Shown: positions 60,782-64,000 of the stretch, piece by piece
Layout of the letters: each line of letters begins with the position of its first letter
Numbering within the stretch: the first letter of the stretch is position 1
Source: Adineta vaga
Lineage: Eukaryota > Animalia > Rotifera
Direction of reading: 5' to 3'
Assembly (NCBI GenBank): GCA_021613535.1
Contig: CP075494.1
Location: 7,254,001-7,318,000 of the forward strand
DNA length: 64,000 nucleotides
Notes under the pieces: model-generated
Seen by the model: only the letters and a program-made list of their open reading frames with translations
What the model was told of the DNA's origin: nothing
The model's database searches: none
Made by a program: the position numbers and the translations under genes

Positions 60782-61466
60782 CTATGATGAACGCGCAGGT
60801 TGGACGGATGCTGATGTTACTGCTGGTTTGGACGCTGGCGATGGTACTTGATATTGTTGCATAGGTGTAGGTGTACCATATCTAAGAACAGTGAAGGAAA
60901 AATTCGTAAAAAAATCAAAAGAAATGAATATTTATACTTGTAATTAATAAATCTTGCCAATTGCATCAATTGTGCACATTCATTTGCAAAATGGCAAGCA
61001 AATAAGAGTCGATTTTTTGGTTTGACTTGAAGAGCAAAACGCATAAATAACATTGAATAAAAACATAAAGCTATTCATCATAGACAACGATTAATATCAT
61101 TCAAATAACTCTTTATTTAGTTCTTACCAACAGTCATCTTTGGACTGATAATTTCTGGATCTTTTTTTAAATCTGCAATAGCAGCTAATGGTAAACCCCA
61201 ATTAGCAACTAAAAACCAGATTCAAAAATTGATTATTAATGATTTAATAATAAAATATTACCTGGTCCCCAAAAATGCTTTTCAGTAGAAAGAAATAGGA
61301 AGATAACAAACAAAACAGATCAAATATGTTATATCTTACCGTGCTAGAATTTAATGAGAATGAATATTAATTAGTCATATCAGAAAAGGATCTTTTACCT
61401 CATTAAATAATCACGCATTTCTTTACTTTTCAATTGTGTTAAACCACGACTTATTAACGATGCCAT
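60782..61466 (-). CDS. MPC1: Mitochondrial pyruvate carrier 1 (includes 4-nt and 16-nt exons)
   Basis: [57 protein letters not shown]. Confidence 0.93.
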
Positions 61467-63424
61467 TTTCTTGGTAACAGCCAAATGAAGTTTTGCAGTA
61501 AACAACTAAAAACAATCACCGACAATAGTATTCTCTGCACGTAGTGATTTGTTGAAACAAAAACCGAGTGAAAATCAACTCTTTACCTAGCGACATCTAT
61601 TCTATTATTTGTAACGATAAAAATTGAACATAAATTTGTTTGTATAATCCGATGAAACTTACAATAATAAATGGTAAAATTGATAATTATGTTTTAAAGT
61701 TTTTCAGTCACCAATGAAATCATTTCATAGTAATACACATTCGTTTTCTACTTCTTATTCATTTTCTCGTCATCTCATCTCTCTCTCTCTCACTTTCTAC
61801 TTCTTCTTTCTGTTTATTATTGTTTGCTTAGTCATGAAATATTTCGTGTTTATTAAATCATTCTTGTCTATTTAACTGCATAATTGTAATGATTATCTTT
61901 ACTTTTTAGAAGTACAATATACTATTTGAACAAGTAAGAGAGTAAAACGTTTAAACAATAGTGAGATCCTTCCCTTTTTCTGAAATGATTGATTAAAATT
62001 ACACAAAATAATCATAGTTGAGATTTTCGTTTCGCAATTCTTTATGAGTAAATTTTCGATGAATAATAATAGATTGAATAGAAACTCTTCTATCAACATA
62101 AGAAAAGAAAGAAGGTCATTATTTATCCTGTTATTAATCGTTTGAGTTCAAGATCATTTGCTTTTTTTTCGTATATGTTTAATAACATACATTGTTATAT
62201 ACTGAACATCACATACCAACCATAATAGACCGTTGACTCTCATCTTCTCTTCTTTTCTTTCTCCCACCATAACAACGGGGATGAACTTCGAGCAGTCATT
62301 CGTTTACATACCTTCACTTATTCTCTTTCGTATGAATATGTATGTTCTCTAGCATTGCGTTGTTGTCGAGGCGTCCATAGTATTGGTGTTGTCGACAATA
62401 TATTGATTGACCTAAAGTGAATGAATCGAAGAAGAAGAAGAAGAAGAATAAAAACAACATATGGGAAGAAAGAAAATGCATAGGTTGTACTTATTTTGAA
62501 AATCTTTTTTTTCCTTCATTGATCTGTTATCTCCTTTTTTTATTTATTAATAGTAAATGGGAAAAGGATATTTAGAGATTTGAGTAATTTTCCATTTGGG
62601 AATCATAAAAACGAAGAGATTTTATCGGTCGGATGATGTTGAATAGAAGAGAGATGAGAGGATCATAACCACCTGTCTCGCGAATGTAATATTTTAAACA
62701 TGAGTTCAGTTCACAAATGTATATGATACGATCAATGTCTACTATCAATAGACCGTATAACATTCGTTCATTCTTATCTTTCGTGTTTTTGTTTCGTCTC
62801 ACATTTATTCATTTATATTTATCATCGAAGTCAAGGATTATTTGTAAGTATTGTTAAGCCAGTTGAGCAATAAAATCGATTCTTTTTTTTTTTGTTTTTT
62901 GAGAAAATATCAAATCAGAATGAAAGAAAATCGAGAGAGACAGAATGAGAAAGAGAACAAAAGTAATACATGCACATAAGAAATACGGTTCATTTGACCC
63001 GACTTTTGTCGATGAAAATGTTATGTTAGTATCATAATATAACTTTTAATGATAGAAAAGGAGACTGTTATCATAGTCGATGTAAGAATAGAAGACACAT
63101 ATTCAAATTCCTATTGTTGGTCGTAATTAAATGAACGACATATGTTGTTTTGGTTAAAATGATAGGATGTGAATGATTCTTTATTTTTCTATTATTCTTC
63201 CGTTTTCTTTTTGCAGCAGTACACGTCATATGCTATAAATATTTTTATTTATGTGTTGTCGTATGTGATAAGAATCTGTCTATGAGGCAACATTTATCAA
63301 AAGATTAAATGACATGATTGTTTTCTTTCTTTTTTTATGATCTATTATTGATTTGATTTTAGATTGTTGCATTCTTTTTTCAATTTGATTTCTTTTTTTT
63401 TAACAATTGATTTACTCTTCCATC

Positions 63425-63975
63425 ATGGACACTGGGAATGGTGATAAATCAAATGCTGACAATGATCTTTATTTACCACAAACTGATTCTTTCTGGGAGG
63501 TATGGAATTTACTGTCTAATATCAATATACTTATCTATGTTCATACTAATTACAGATTGGTAAATACAATCGAGTGGTCAAACGATGTGATGATGGAAAT
63601 AAATTAACGACTGATCTACTTAGTATGATCAATGAACGAGCTGAACTTGAAAAATCGTTTTCCAAAATGCTTAAAGGTTGGTCAAAGAAATGGTCCGATT
63701 ATGTGGCGAAATGTTAGTAAAATGTCAATCATTATCCGTAGAGAGAATATCTATATTTTGATTATTTTTACTTAGCGTCTGAATTTGGTTCGATGACGGC
63801 AGCTTGGAAAGCAATTATGGCTGAGGCTGATGCGTCAGCTGAAGTTCATCAGAGTGTGCATGATGAATTAGAAAATGATGTTGTACCATCAATAAAAGCA
63901 TGGCAAAAAACTAAATATATCAAATCAATGATGCATATCAAATCCACAAAAGATTTTGATGAAGAATTTAAACGA
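63425..63975 (+). CDS. PACSIN: PACSIN/syndapin F-BAR protein, 5' part (continues beyond the window)
   Basis: DSFWEIGKYNRVVKRCDDG, ERAELEK, WSKKW, AWKAIMAEAD, IKAWQK. Confidence 0.9.
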
Positions 63976-64000
63976 GTATGTATTTTAGTTTCTTTTTAAA

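Overview
AT-rich, gene-dense eukaryotic (metazoan) DNA with many short GT-AG introns of about 50-65 nt. That style, together with intron-bearing fungal-type genes, suggests a bdelloid rotifer (inference). I rebuilt the gene models by hand from splice sites. In order they are: POLR3B, an FRS2-like adaptor, a neuronal calcium sensor locus, a CIMIP1/C20orf85-like gene, M-Ras, FGFR, TSC1, DOLPP1, a Grg1/CCG-1-like gene, a SUR1-type GT32 mannosyltransferase, two orphan genes, METTL2, ODC, IFT46, CK1-gamma, BTF3, a small membrane protein, a frameshifted TRPA channel, tRNA-Asp, a filamin-repeat protein, three small orphan genes, MLF, MPC1 and the 5' end of PACSIN. The most notable signals are: (1) a calcium-sensor gene with two duplicated N-terminal halves, one intron-rich and one intronless, that share the same C-terminal exons; (2) a hidden, spliced, AUU-initiated uORF in an AUG-free ODC leader; (3) operon-like POLR3B->FRS2 and DOLPP1->TSC1 junctions with orphan splice acceptors; (4) physical clustering of FGFR, FRS2, M-Ras and TSC1; (5) an adjacent pair of fungal-like genes; (6) candidate micro-exons in FGFR Ig-III and MPC1; (7) a single frameshift in an otherwise intact TRPA gene. 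Family calls rest on recalled motifs, not on database searches.
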